This document shows positions 56,504-64,000 of a DNA stretch of 64,000 nt, piece by piece. The notes under the pieces were generated by a model, which made no database searches, was not told the origin of the DNA, and was given only the letters and a program-made list of their open reading frames with translations. The position numbers and the translations under genes are program-made. The DNA lies in IMG/VR virus record IMGVR_UViG_2936072512_000001, positions 1-64,000 of that record; one strand, written 5' to 3'. Within the stretch, counting starts at the first letter, position 1. The number at the start of each line of letters is the position of its first letter. Origin of the DNA: a virus (lineage: Duplodnaviria; Caudoviricetes).

Positions 56504-57523
56504 ATGGCCCGCCCAGGGCGTAGCTATCCCAACCGGCCCGTCATCGTCCGACCCCTCGCCGCACCGGTGGCGCGACAAGCCGTCGAGACCGACTCGGCCA
56601 CCGCCTTCACCTTCGCCCGCGGCCGGTACGCGCACCAGGTGGAAGAGCACGACACCGCTCACCCGATCGCGGCGGCCAAGGTCGTGCCGGTCGGCAAGGC
56701 GTTGGAGTCGACGGAGCCCGGCCACGTCTCGCCCGTCAAGGCGGGCCTGGTCAAGCAGGCCAGCGAGACCGACACCGCCTCCACCACCGACGCCCGCAAG
56801 CGGGTTCTGGTCGGCCGCGCCGACGAGCACGACAGCGCCGGCATCATCCGGGCCAAGGCCCGCCTCTACACCGCGGTGCAGGCCGACATGGCGTTGCCGA
56901 TCACCCCGGTCAAGGCGCAGACGATCGGCCGCGCCATCGACATGACGCTGCCGCGCCCCATCCGGGCCGCCAAGCAGCAGCTGGTCCGAACGGCGGCCGA
57001 GTCTGCGGCCAGCTGGCCGATCGAGGCGAACAAGTCCGCCTTCGTCGGCTTGGCCGTCGAGCACTCCTCCGGCGCCTCGATCTTCGTGGGCGCGTCCCTC
57101 GTTGTCGTCGTCGGCCGCGCCGACGAGATCACCCTTGCAGGCCGTATCGGGCGCGTCTGGCCGCTGCTGCGTGTCGGGCGGCCCAGGCGCTCGTGGGCGG
57201 CCCGCCTTCATGCGAGAGGAGCCGGTGGCGTGCAGCCGATCAGCAGCCTGTCTCGGGAGTACGTGTGGCTGTACGTCGAGGGGGCCTCCGGCGCTGAGCC
57301 GGTCGAGGTCGCCTTCACCGTGCCCGGCGTCGAGCCGGCCGAAGGCCAGTGGCATGACGCCGAGTGGAGCGGCCGAACTCTGGAGGGCGCGCACGCCCGC
57401 GTCCGGGTCGGCCCAGGCCCTGACGCTGTCGCCTTGGCCGAAGGCACCTGGCAGGCGTGGGTGCGCGTCACCCGCCCCGACATCGAGCCCGTCCTGCCGT
57501 CCGGCCTCGTCCCCATCATCTGA
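56504..57523 (+). CDS. repeat-containing putative virion protein, possible fusion of two genes
   Basis: about 21-aa repeats (VG.A.E.D.A..I); internal AGAGGAG-N8-GTG at 57230. Confidence 0.65.
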   Translation: MARPGRSYPNRPVIVRPLAAPVARQAVETDSATAFTFARGRYAHQVEEHDTAHPIAAAKVVPVGKALESTEPGHVSPVKAGLVKQASETDTASTTDARKRVLVGRADEHDSAGIIRAKARLYTAVQADMALPITPVKAQTIGRAIDMTLPRPIRAAKQQLVRTAAESAASWPIEANKSAFVGLAVEHSSGASIFVGASLVVVVGRADEITLAGRIGRVWPLLRVGRPRRSWAARLHARGAGGVQPISSLSREYVWLYVEGASGAEPVEVAFTVPGVEPAEGQWHDAEWSGRTLEGAHARVRVGPGPDAVALAEGTWQAWVRVTRPDIEPVLPSGLVPII

Positions 57524-57583
57524 CCATCGAGAGGGCCGACGTGTCCGCCCAGTTCAACGCACTGCCCACGGGGGAGGGATGCC

Positions 57584-59149
57584 ATGCCGCTGCCTGAGCG
57601 TGACATGGAGTGGCCGCCTCCGAAGATCAAGCCCGAGATGCACCAGTACGAGATCCACGGCGCGTGGTACTCGGGAGACCCTGAACGGCTCGCGAAGGTG
57701 TACGGCGGAGCATTCGGCAGCCCGGCCTACGGCCTGGACGCCAAGGGCTGGGACCGTCCGCAGGTCAACCCGCTCGGCCTGTGGGGGCGGGTCACGTCGA
57801 TGTTCTGGGCGCGCAAGCAGCTGCCCGGCCAGACGTTCACCCCGAAGCTGCACGTCCCGGTCGCCGGAGACATCGCCTCCACCAGCGCCGACCTGCTGTT
57901 CGCCGAGCCGCCGACGCTGCGCGTGCAGGGTGAGGACTCGCAGACCCGCCTGGAGAAGATCCTCGAAGAGGGCGGCGTGTACGGCGTCCTGCTCGAAGGG
58001 GCCGAGCTCGGCGCCGGGTACGGCGGCGTGTACGTGCGCGTCGGCTACAACACCGACGTCGCCGACTACCCGATCGTCGACCTCGTGCCCGCCGACGCCG
58101 GCGTGCCCGAGTTCGCCAACGGCCGGCTGAAGGCGGTCACGTTCTGGCGGGTGCTGGAAGACGACCACAAGACGGTCTGGCGGCACCTGGAGCGGCACGA
58201 GTCTGGTCGCGTCTTCCACGGCCTGTACAAGGGCACTGAGGACCGTCTCGGTGACGCGCAGCCGCTCGCCGACCATCCGGAGACCGCTGACTTCGCCAAG
58301 CTGGTCGACGCGGCGGGCGGGTTCGACACCGGATACAAGGGGCTGCTCGTCTCCTACGTGCCGAACATGCGTCCTCACCGGACGCTGCGCGGCACCAGTT
58401 TGGGCCGCTCCGACTACGCCGGGGTTGAGCAGCTCATGGACAGCCTCGACGAGGTCTACACGTCCTGGATGCGCGACATCCGGCTCGGCAAGGGCCGCGT
58501 CTTCCTGCCCGAGGTGTACCTGGAGAACCGGGGCCGCGGCCAGGGCGCGTCGTTCGACCCGGACCGCGAGTTCTTCTCCGGGTTGGGCATGCTGCCGTCG
58601 CCGAACAACGCGGGCAGCATGATCACGATCTCGCAGTTCGACATCCGCGTGGCCGAGCACAAGGAGTCGGCCAAGTCGCTGCTGGCGCAGATCCTGCGCG
58701 GCGCCGGGTACTCGATGCAGTCGTTCGGCGAGGACGACAACGCCGGGCAGGCGGCGACCGCGACCGAGATGCACATGCGCCGCCACAAGTCGTACACGAC
58801 CCGCGGCCGGAAGACCGGCTACTGGACGCCGACGCTGGCGTGGCTGACGGACTGCCTGCTGACGGTCGACCAGAAGGTGTTCAACTCGAAGGTCGTCGCC
58901 GCCCGCGCCCAGGTCGAATGGCCGGACGGCGTCATGCCGGACCCGGAGGCGATGGCCCGCACGCTCGACTTCCTGAACCGGGCACAGGTCGCCTCCCTGG
59001 AGACGAAGATCCGCATGCTGCACCCCGAGTGGGACGACACGCAGGTGCGCGAGGAGACCAAGCGGCTGCGCGCCGAGCTCGGCGTGCTCGTCGAAGACCC
59101 GGCCAAGCTGCGCGAAACCTACATCCCCGACGCTCCCAAGGCAGCCTGA
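57584..59149 (+). CDS. phage portal protein (SPP1/A118-like)
   Basis: 521 aa; SADLLF.E, GRSDYA..LMDSLDE, DIRVAEH, TATE; position. Confidence 0.9.
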   Translation: MPLPERDMEWPPPKIKPEMHQYEIHGAWYSGDPERLAKVYGGAFGSPAYGLDAKGWDRPQVNPLGLWGRVTSMFWARKQLPGQTFTPKLHVPVAGDIASTSADLLFAEPPTLRVQGEDSQTRLEKILEEGGVYGVLLEGAELGAGYGGVYVRVGYNTDVADYPIVDLVPADAGVPEFANGRLKAVTFWRVLEDDHKTVWRHLERHESGRVFHGLYKGTEDRLGDAQPLADHPETADFAKLVDAAGGFDTGYKGLLVSYVPNMRPHRTLRGTSLGRSDYAGVEQLMDSLDEVYTSWMRDIRLGKGRVFLPEVYLENRGRGQGASFDPDREFFSGLGMLPSPNNAGSMITISQFDIRVAEHKESAKSLLAQILRGAGYSMQSFGEDDNAGQAATATEMHMRRHKSYTTRGRKTGYWTPTLAWLTDCLLTVDQKVFNSKVVAARAQVEWPDGVMPDPEAMARTLDFLNRAQVASLETKIRMLHPEWDDTQVREETKRLRAELGVLVEDPAKLRETYIPDAPKAA

Positions 59150-59180
59150 CCCGGCCGCCCCTCCACGAAGGGGGTAGCGG

Positions 59181-61358
59181 GTGGCCACCGTCACCGAGCA
59201 GGTCGCCGCAGCTCTGGCCCAGGCCGAGCAGGTCGCCCGCATCTACGAGCAGGCCGAGCTGGACCTGCTGGAGGCGATCGCCAAGCACGCCGCCAAGGAC
59301 ACCAGCAGCGACGACGCCGACTTCTGGGCGTCCAAGCGGCTGGCCGACATCCAGCAGCTGCGCAAGGAGGCGGCGCGGATCGTCGCCCGGCTCGACAAGG
59401 CCGCCAAGGCCGCCGCGAAGGGCGCCGTCAACACCGCGTGGCAGGCCGGGGTCGACAAGGCGATCGTCGGCGCTGTCGAGCAGGTCCACGACGAGAAGCT
59501 GAAGAAGCGGCTGGCGCGCGTCATGCGCGACGCCCGCAAGCTCGGCTCCTCAGGCCTGGTCAACCAGGGGCAGGGCGTGCTGGAGCTGGCCGAGCACCTC
59601 ACGGGGGACATCGTCGGCAAGTTCGACGTGCTGCACCTGGCCGTGCTGCGCGTCACCGACGACATCTACCGCAAGGTGATCGGCCAGGTGGCCGGGCCGG
59701 TACTGGCCGGGTCGCGGACGCTGCGCGACGCCGTCCAGGACGCGCTGAACCAGTTCGCCGCGGGCGGCATCAAGGGCTTCGTCGACGCCGCAGGCCGCGC
59801 TTGGGGGATGCGCGAGTACGCCGAGATGGCCACCCGCACCGCGACCGCCCGCGCGGCCGTAGAGGGCGAGCTGGCCACGCTGGGCGACGCCGGCCTGGAG
59901 CTGGTGATCGTGTCGCGGGCTCCGTCGTCGTGCTCGGTGTGCGACCGCTGGGAGAACAAGGTCCTGGCGCACCGCGGGGCGGCCGGGCAGCGCCAGGTGG
60001 AGAGCGTCCTCGACCCCGACCAGATGGTGACCGTCGAGGTGGCGGCGACGGTGTCCGAGGCCCGCGCCGCAGGGCTGCTGCACCCGAACTGCCGACACTC
60101 GCTGACGGCGTACCTGCCCGGGGTGACCACGCCCGCGCCGGTCGTGGACGCGCCGTCGTACGAGGCGACGCAGAAACAGCGCGCCCTGGAGCGCAAGGTC
60201 CGCGAGTGGAAGAAGAAGCAGGCCGTCGCCGTCGACGACCACTCCAAGCAGGTCGCCAAGGCCAAGGTGGAGGCCTGGCAGCAGGCGTTGGCCGCGCACG
60301 TGGCCGACGAAGGGTTGAGGCGCAAGCGCGGCCGGGAACGGCTCATGGCCAACGAGACGATGCCCGCGCCGTACGAGAAGAAGCCGCCCAAGCCTCAGGC
60401 GGCAGAGCCGAAGAGTCCGGCCGCTGACCGCGCCGAGGCTGCGCCGCCCCCTGCAGCGCCGTCTCCTGCGACACCGTCTCCTGCAGCGCCGCCCGCGACG
60501 CCTCCTGCGCGAACCGAGCCTCCGTCTCAGCCAGAGCCGGCCCGCTCCGACACCCCCTCCGACGTGGCAGAGGCAGAGCCCACCCGCGAGGAAGGGCCCG
60601 ACACACCCTGGCACCACCGGCTGGGCGAGGTGTCCGCAATCAAGACCAACGTGGATTCGGGCGAAGCGAGCCGCCGCAACATCGCCAAGGGCATCCAAGG
60701 CGTCAAGGCGAAGGTGCAGTTCGTCAACGGGACCGAAGGCTTCCACAAGCAGATGGCGACGGACGATCGAGGCAAGAAGACGAGTGGGCGCCGCGACACC
60801 GACGCTGAGCAGCTGTCCTCGCTGCTCGGGCGCGCCATCGGAGCTCCGGTCCCTCGCGTCTACCGAACAGGAGAGGCCGAGTACTACACCGACTGGGTGG
60901 AAGGCGACACCGCGGCCGAGTACACCGGGCCTGACCCAGACGGAGTGAGCGAGCGGCTTATCGCCTCCCGCGAAGGGCTGCTCCTCGGCCTGCTGGACGT
61001 CCTGACCGCCAACACGGACCGGCATCTCAACAACTGGATGATCGGCAAGAACGGCGAGCTGGCGGGCATCGACCACGGCCTCGCCTGGGAAGGCGGCTTC
61101 GGCGACGATCCGCTGCCGCTGAGCCACCTCAACCCCAGCGGCCCGTTCGCGAGCCAGCTGTTCAGCTGGCGCACGTTCGAGCTGAAGAACACCAACCGAT
61201 TCACGCCGGAGGACATCGCTGTGCTGCGAACACGGCTGGAAGCGTTGCGCCCCGACTTCGCCCTGCTCGGCCGGGAACAGTGGCTGGACTACAGCCTGCA
61301 CTGGCTTAACCAGGTGGGGCGGCGCGCCACCGGCACGACCTCTATCGTGGCCCCATGA
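59181..61358 (+). CDS. minor capsid (MuF-like) protein with C-terminal HipA/PI3K-like kinase domain
   Basis: GRAW...YAEMATRT, C..CDRWE, GLLHPNCRH, QKQRALER; Pro-rich linker; TDRHLNN and IDHG. Confidence 0.88.
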   Translation: MATVTEQVAAALAQAEQVARIYEQAELDLLEAIAKHAAKDTSSDDADFWASKRLADIQQLRKEAARIVARLDKAAKAAAKGAVNTAWQAGVDKAIVGAVEQVHDEKLKKRLARVMRDARKLGSSGLVNQGQGVLELAEHLTGDIVGKFDVLHLAVLRVTDDIYRKVIGQVAGPVLAGSRTLRDAVQDALNQFAAGGIKGFVDAAGRAWGMREYAEMATRTATARAAVEGELATLGDAGLELVIVSRAPSSCSVCDRWENKVLAHRGAAGQRQVESVLDPDQMVTVEVAATVSEARAAGLLHPNCRHSLTAYLPGVTTPAPVVDAPSYEATQKQRALERKVREWKKKQAVAVDDHSKQVAKAKVEAWQQALAAHVADEGLRRKRGRERLMANETMPAPYEKKPPKPQAAEPKSPAADRAEAAPPPAAPSPATPSPAAPPATPPARTEPPSQPEPARSDTPSDVAEAEPTREEGPDTPWHHRLGEVSAIKTNVDSGEASRRNIAKGIQGVKAKVQFVNGTEGFHKQMATDDRGKKTSGRRDTDAEQLSSLLGRAIGAPVPRVYRTGEAEYYTDWVEGDTAAEYTGPDPDGVSERLIASREGLLLGLLDVLTANTDRHLNNWMIGKNGELAGIDHGLAWEGGFGDDPLPLSHLNPSGPFASQLFSWRTFELKNTNRFTPEDIAVLRTRLEALRPDFALLGREQWLDYSLHWLNQVGRRATGTTSIVAP

Positions 61359-61603
61359 GAGCGATGCGTCTCGTGGACATCGGCGAGGGCGACGACATCG
61401 GCGTCCTGTCCCTCAGCGACGACGGAGTCCTGTCGTCATCGTCGCCGCACGTCGACCGGCTGGTCCGCGGCAAGCAGCGGCTGTTCTCCTGGACCGACGC
61501 CGACACGTTCGCCTACTTCGCCGGCGAGCTGGGCGAGACCTGGCCCAGTAACAACGGCCCGTGGTCGGACGGTGTGCTGCGTTTCGAGGTCGCAGCCCCG
61601 TAG
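61355..61603 (+). CDS. small protein, candidate immunity protein
   Basis: ATGA overlap with the toxin-like gene. Confidence 0.6.
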   Translation: MRAMRLVDIGEGDDIGVLSLSDDGVLSSSSPHVDRLVRGKQRLFSWTDADTFAYFAGELGETWPSNNGPWSDGVLRFEVAAP

Positions 61604-61622
61604 CCAGACCCTGATCACTCTT

Positions 61623-61731
61623 GAAAGGCCCGCCTGGCGCGGGCCTTTCGCATGTCCGGGCCAGTCACCCTGACTGTCCTCCCACAAACCCCTGAAGGCC
61701 CGTCCTGGCGGCGGGCCTTTCGCATGTCCGG
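61623..61731 (+). repeat. duplicated hairpin element upstream of the scaffold gene
   Basis: AAGGCCCG..CCTGG..CGGGCCTTTCGCATGTCCGG at 61623-61659 and 61694-61731. Confidence 0.75.
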
Positions 61732-61749
61732 CTCCAGGAGGGCCACACG

Positions 61750-62577
61750 ATGTCTGATCTGATGACGATGACGCCGGGCGCGATCATCGGATACCGCAAG
61801 AGCGGCGCTCCGATCCGCCTGATCGGCGGAGGTTCAGAAGGTGCGCCCGAGGGCGGCGCGGGCGGCGCAGGTGATCCTGCCGGTGCTGCCGGTGCTGGCG
61901 CTTCGTCCGCTGGTACGGCGGGCCCCGCCGTCGAGGATGATCCGCCTGCCAACCCCAACGCCAAGCGCGTCGACGAGCTGCCCACGTGGGCGCAGAAGCT
62001 CGTCAAGGACCTGCGCACCGAGGCTGCGGACTTCCGCACCCAGCTGGCGGACGTGAAGCGGCAGGCCGAGACGCCGCCTGCTGGCCCCTCCGTGGAGGAG
62101 ATCTCCAGCCAGGTCCGCAACGACGTCGCCAAGCAGATCGCCGACGCCCTGGGCATCACGACCAGCGAGGAAGCTCCGCCGCCCGACCCCGAGCAGGTCA
62201 TCGCGCAGCTGACCGCCGACAAGCAGGCCTCCGACACGCAGGCCCGGCAGTCGGCCGAGCGGCACCGCATGGCGCTGGTCGAGCTGGCCGTGCACCGCAT
62301 CTCCACGCGGACCGGCGCCGACCCTGACGCTCTCCTGGACTCCCGGTCCTTCCTGAGCAACATCCACGGCCTCGACCCCGACGCCGCTGGCTTCAACGAC
62401 ACGTTGACCGCCGCGATCACGCAGGCCGTCAACGACAACCCCAAGTTCGCGGCCGCCCAGGCGCCGGCCGCTCAGCGATCCGGAGGCGAGTTCGGCGGCG
62501 GGCCCGGCGGACGCAGCGAATCGGACGAACCGTCCGTCGATGACTTCCGCGCCAAGCGGCGCGCCAAGAAGGAGTAG
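61750..62577 (+). CDS. capsid scaffolding protein
   Basis: LPTWAQK...LRTEAA..R, LLDSRSF, SGGEF; precedes capsid. Confidence 0.8.
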   Translation: MSDLMTMTPGAIIGYRKSGAPIRLIGGGSEGAPEGGAGGAGDPAGAAGAGASSAGTAGPAVEDDPPANPNAKRVDELPTWAQKLVKDLRTEAADFRTQLADVKRQAETPPAGPSVEEISSQVRNDVAKQIADALGITTSEEAPPPDPEQVIAQLTADKQASDTQARQSAERHRMALVELAVHRISTRTGADPDALLDSRSFLSNIHGLDPDAAGFNDTLTAAITQAVNDNPKFAAAQAPAAQRSGGEFGGGPGGRSESDEPSVDDFRAKRRAKKE

Positions 62578-62582
62578 CCGAC

Positions 62583-63497
62583 ATGGCTAACACGTTCCTC
62601 ACCCCGCAGAAGATCGCCAGCGCCGCGCTGGCGACGCTGTACGAGACCTGCGTCATGGCGCAGCTCGTGCACCGCGACCTCGACCAGGACTTCGCGGGCA
62701 AGCAGGGCGACACCGTGAACGTCCGCAAGCCCGCGACGTTCGACGCCTACGAGTACGACCGCAGCCAGGGCATCCAGATCCAGAACGCGACCGAGACGGC
62801 GATCCCGGTCACGCTGAACCACTTCGCCGACGTCTCCTTCGCCGTCACCACGGAGGAGCTGACGCTGGAGATCGAGGACTTCGCGACCCAGCTGCTCACC
62901 CCGGCGATGGAGGCCATCGCGCAGAAGATCGACCGCGACCTGCTCGCGCTGCGCGACGACATCACCCAGGAGGTCGGCGTCGTCCTGGACCCGAACATCC
63001 ACACCTGGGACAAGCCGCAGGTCCTCATCGACGCCGACCGCGTCCTGAACGAGCGCAACGTCGCCCCGACGCAGCGCTCGGCGGTGATCGGCCCGCAGAT
63101 CAAGGCGAACTGGCTGTCCGACCCGCTGTTCCACCAGGTGGACACCTCGGGCACCACGGACGGCCTGCGCGAGGCCTCGCTCGGCCGCCGCGTCTTCGGG
63201 TTCGACCCGTACTCGACGCAGAACATCAAGCGGCCCGCGCAGGTCTCCGGCAACTCCAAGTCCGAGGTCGGCGTCGCCTTCCACCGGACGGCGTTCTGCC
63301 TCGTCACTCGGCCGCTGGTGCTGCCGCAGGGCGCGGCCCGCGCGACCGTCGCCAACTACAAGGGCTTCTCGCTGCGCGTCGTGATCGACTACGACATCGA
63401 CCTCAAGCAGGACGTGTGCTCGATCGACACGCTGTACGGCACCAAGACGCTCGACCCCAACCGCGCGGTCCTGGTGAAGGACGCCGACGTCGCCTAG
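62583..63497 (+). CDS. major capsid protein (P22 coat-like)
   Basis: MANTFLTP, GDTVNVRKP, AFHRTAF.LVTRPL, DTLYG. Confidence 0.9.
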   Translation: MANTFLTPQKIASAALATLYETCVMAQLVHRDLDQDFAGKQGDTVNVRKPATFDAYEYDRSQGIQIQNATETAIPVTLNHFADVSFAVTTEELTLEIEDFATQLLTPAMEAIAQKIDRDLLALRDDITQEVGVVLDPNIHTWDKPQVLIDADRVLNERNVAPTQRSAVIGPQIKANWLSDPLFHQVDTSGTTDGLREASLGRRVFGFDPYSTQNIKRPAQVSGNSKSEVGVAFHRTAFCLVTRPLVLPQGAARATVANYKGFSLRVVIDYDIDLKQDVCSIDTLYGTKTLDPNRAVLVKDADVA

Positions 63498-63505
63498 TCG
63501 ATTCC

Positions 63506-63535
63506 TAGCGGAACCGCTGTGAAGCGGTTCCGCTC
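63506..63535. promoter_or_regulatory. two adjacent degenerate copies of the palindrome, also able to form a hairpin
   Basis: TAGCGGAACCGCTG and AAGCGGTTCCGCTC after the capsid stop. Confidence 0.65.
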
Positions 63536-63556
63536 CTTTCCTGCAAGGAGACCTTG

Positions 63557-63919
63557 ATGGGCTACAAGCCCCGCATCACTGAGAAGACCATCACGCTCAA
63601 GGGCGCCGACGTCGCCGCGGGCACCCACGTCCTGTGGCGGGCCCCGGTCCCGTGCCGTGTCGTCGCCGTCCGCGCCTACCGCATCGGCGGCTCCGGCGCC
63701 GCCCCCACCGTCAACGCCCACAAGAACGGCGTGACCATGCTCACCGGCGACCTGTCGGTGGCCACCGCCACGACCTGGACCGCCGCCTCGCTCGCCGCCG
63801 TGGCCGCCCGCCGCTTCGTCGAGGGCGACACCCTGGCGGTGCAGGTCGTCACGGCGGGCGGCACCGCGCCTACCGACCTGATCATCCAGGTCGACATCCA
63901 GAAGGACGCCAACTTCTGA
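63557..63919 (+). CDS. putative head decoration / virion protein
   Basis: AAGGAG RBS; beta-rich; follows capsid. Confidence 0.65.
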   Translation: MGYKPRITEKTITLKGADVAAGTHVLWRAPVPCRVVAVRAYRIGGSGAAPTVNAHKNGVTMLTGDLSVATATTWTAASLAAVAARRFVEGDTLAVQVVTAGGTAPTDLIIQVDIQKDANF

Positions 63920-64000
63920 TGCCCGGCCCGCGCACCCCTGTGGATCACATGGGCGCGATGACCGCAGCCGAGAACGTCAACGCGATGGGCGCGACCGGCG

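Larger units (their letters stand above)
1..64000. mobile_element. Actinobacterial temperate phage / probable phage-plasmid, partial
   Basis: terS-terL-portal-minor capsid-scaffold-capsid plus YqaJ/RecT, RusA, WhiB and parAB; dense coupled small ORFs; no host housekeeping genes. Confidence 0.93.

Noticed and set aside
3014-63535. TAGCG palindromes as CRISPR repeats or IS ends
   Set aside because: Only 14 bp, kilobases apart, with no spacers, cas genes or transposase
1-64000. Integrase, att sites, tRNA/rRNA, reverse transcriptase, lysis and tail genes
   Set aside because: None recognised by eye; they may lie outside the window

Overview
High-GC actinobacterial temperate tailed phage, probably a plasmid-like prophage, that fills the whole window and continues past both ends. 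Left part: ArdC-like protein, stand-alone RNAP alpha-CTD, HU, and a parA-parB cassette with parS-like inverted repeats. Control region: two double-GntR proteins, a TrmB/LuxR regulator and an XRE-like repressor. Early/middle operon: YqaJ exonuclease, RecT/Bet, SPFH lipoprotein, RNA ligase-like protein, RusA, WhiB and SLOG. Then a compositionally distinct ~2.5 kb segment (37.3-39.8 kb), two orphan DNA methyltransferases, and the head module (terS, terL, portal, minor capsid, scaffold, major capsid). No integrase, DNA polymerase, helicase, tRNA or CRISPR array was seen. Main observations: (1) a palindrome TAGCG-N4-CGCTA dispersed at gene starts across the genome; (2) a MuF-like minor capsid protein with a C-terminal HipA/PI3K-like kinase domain followed by a candidate immunity gene; (3) a segment depleted of several restriction sites and bracketed by a C/A to G/T strand-skew switch, a candidate terminal or first-injected region; (4) a virion-like gene block with an antisense sulfotransferase between terL and portal. 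All family calls come from motif recognition by eye, with no database searches.
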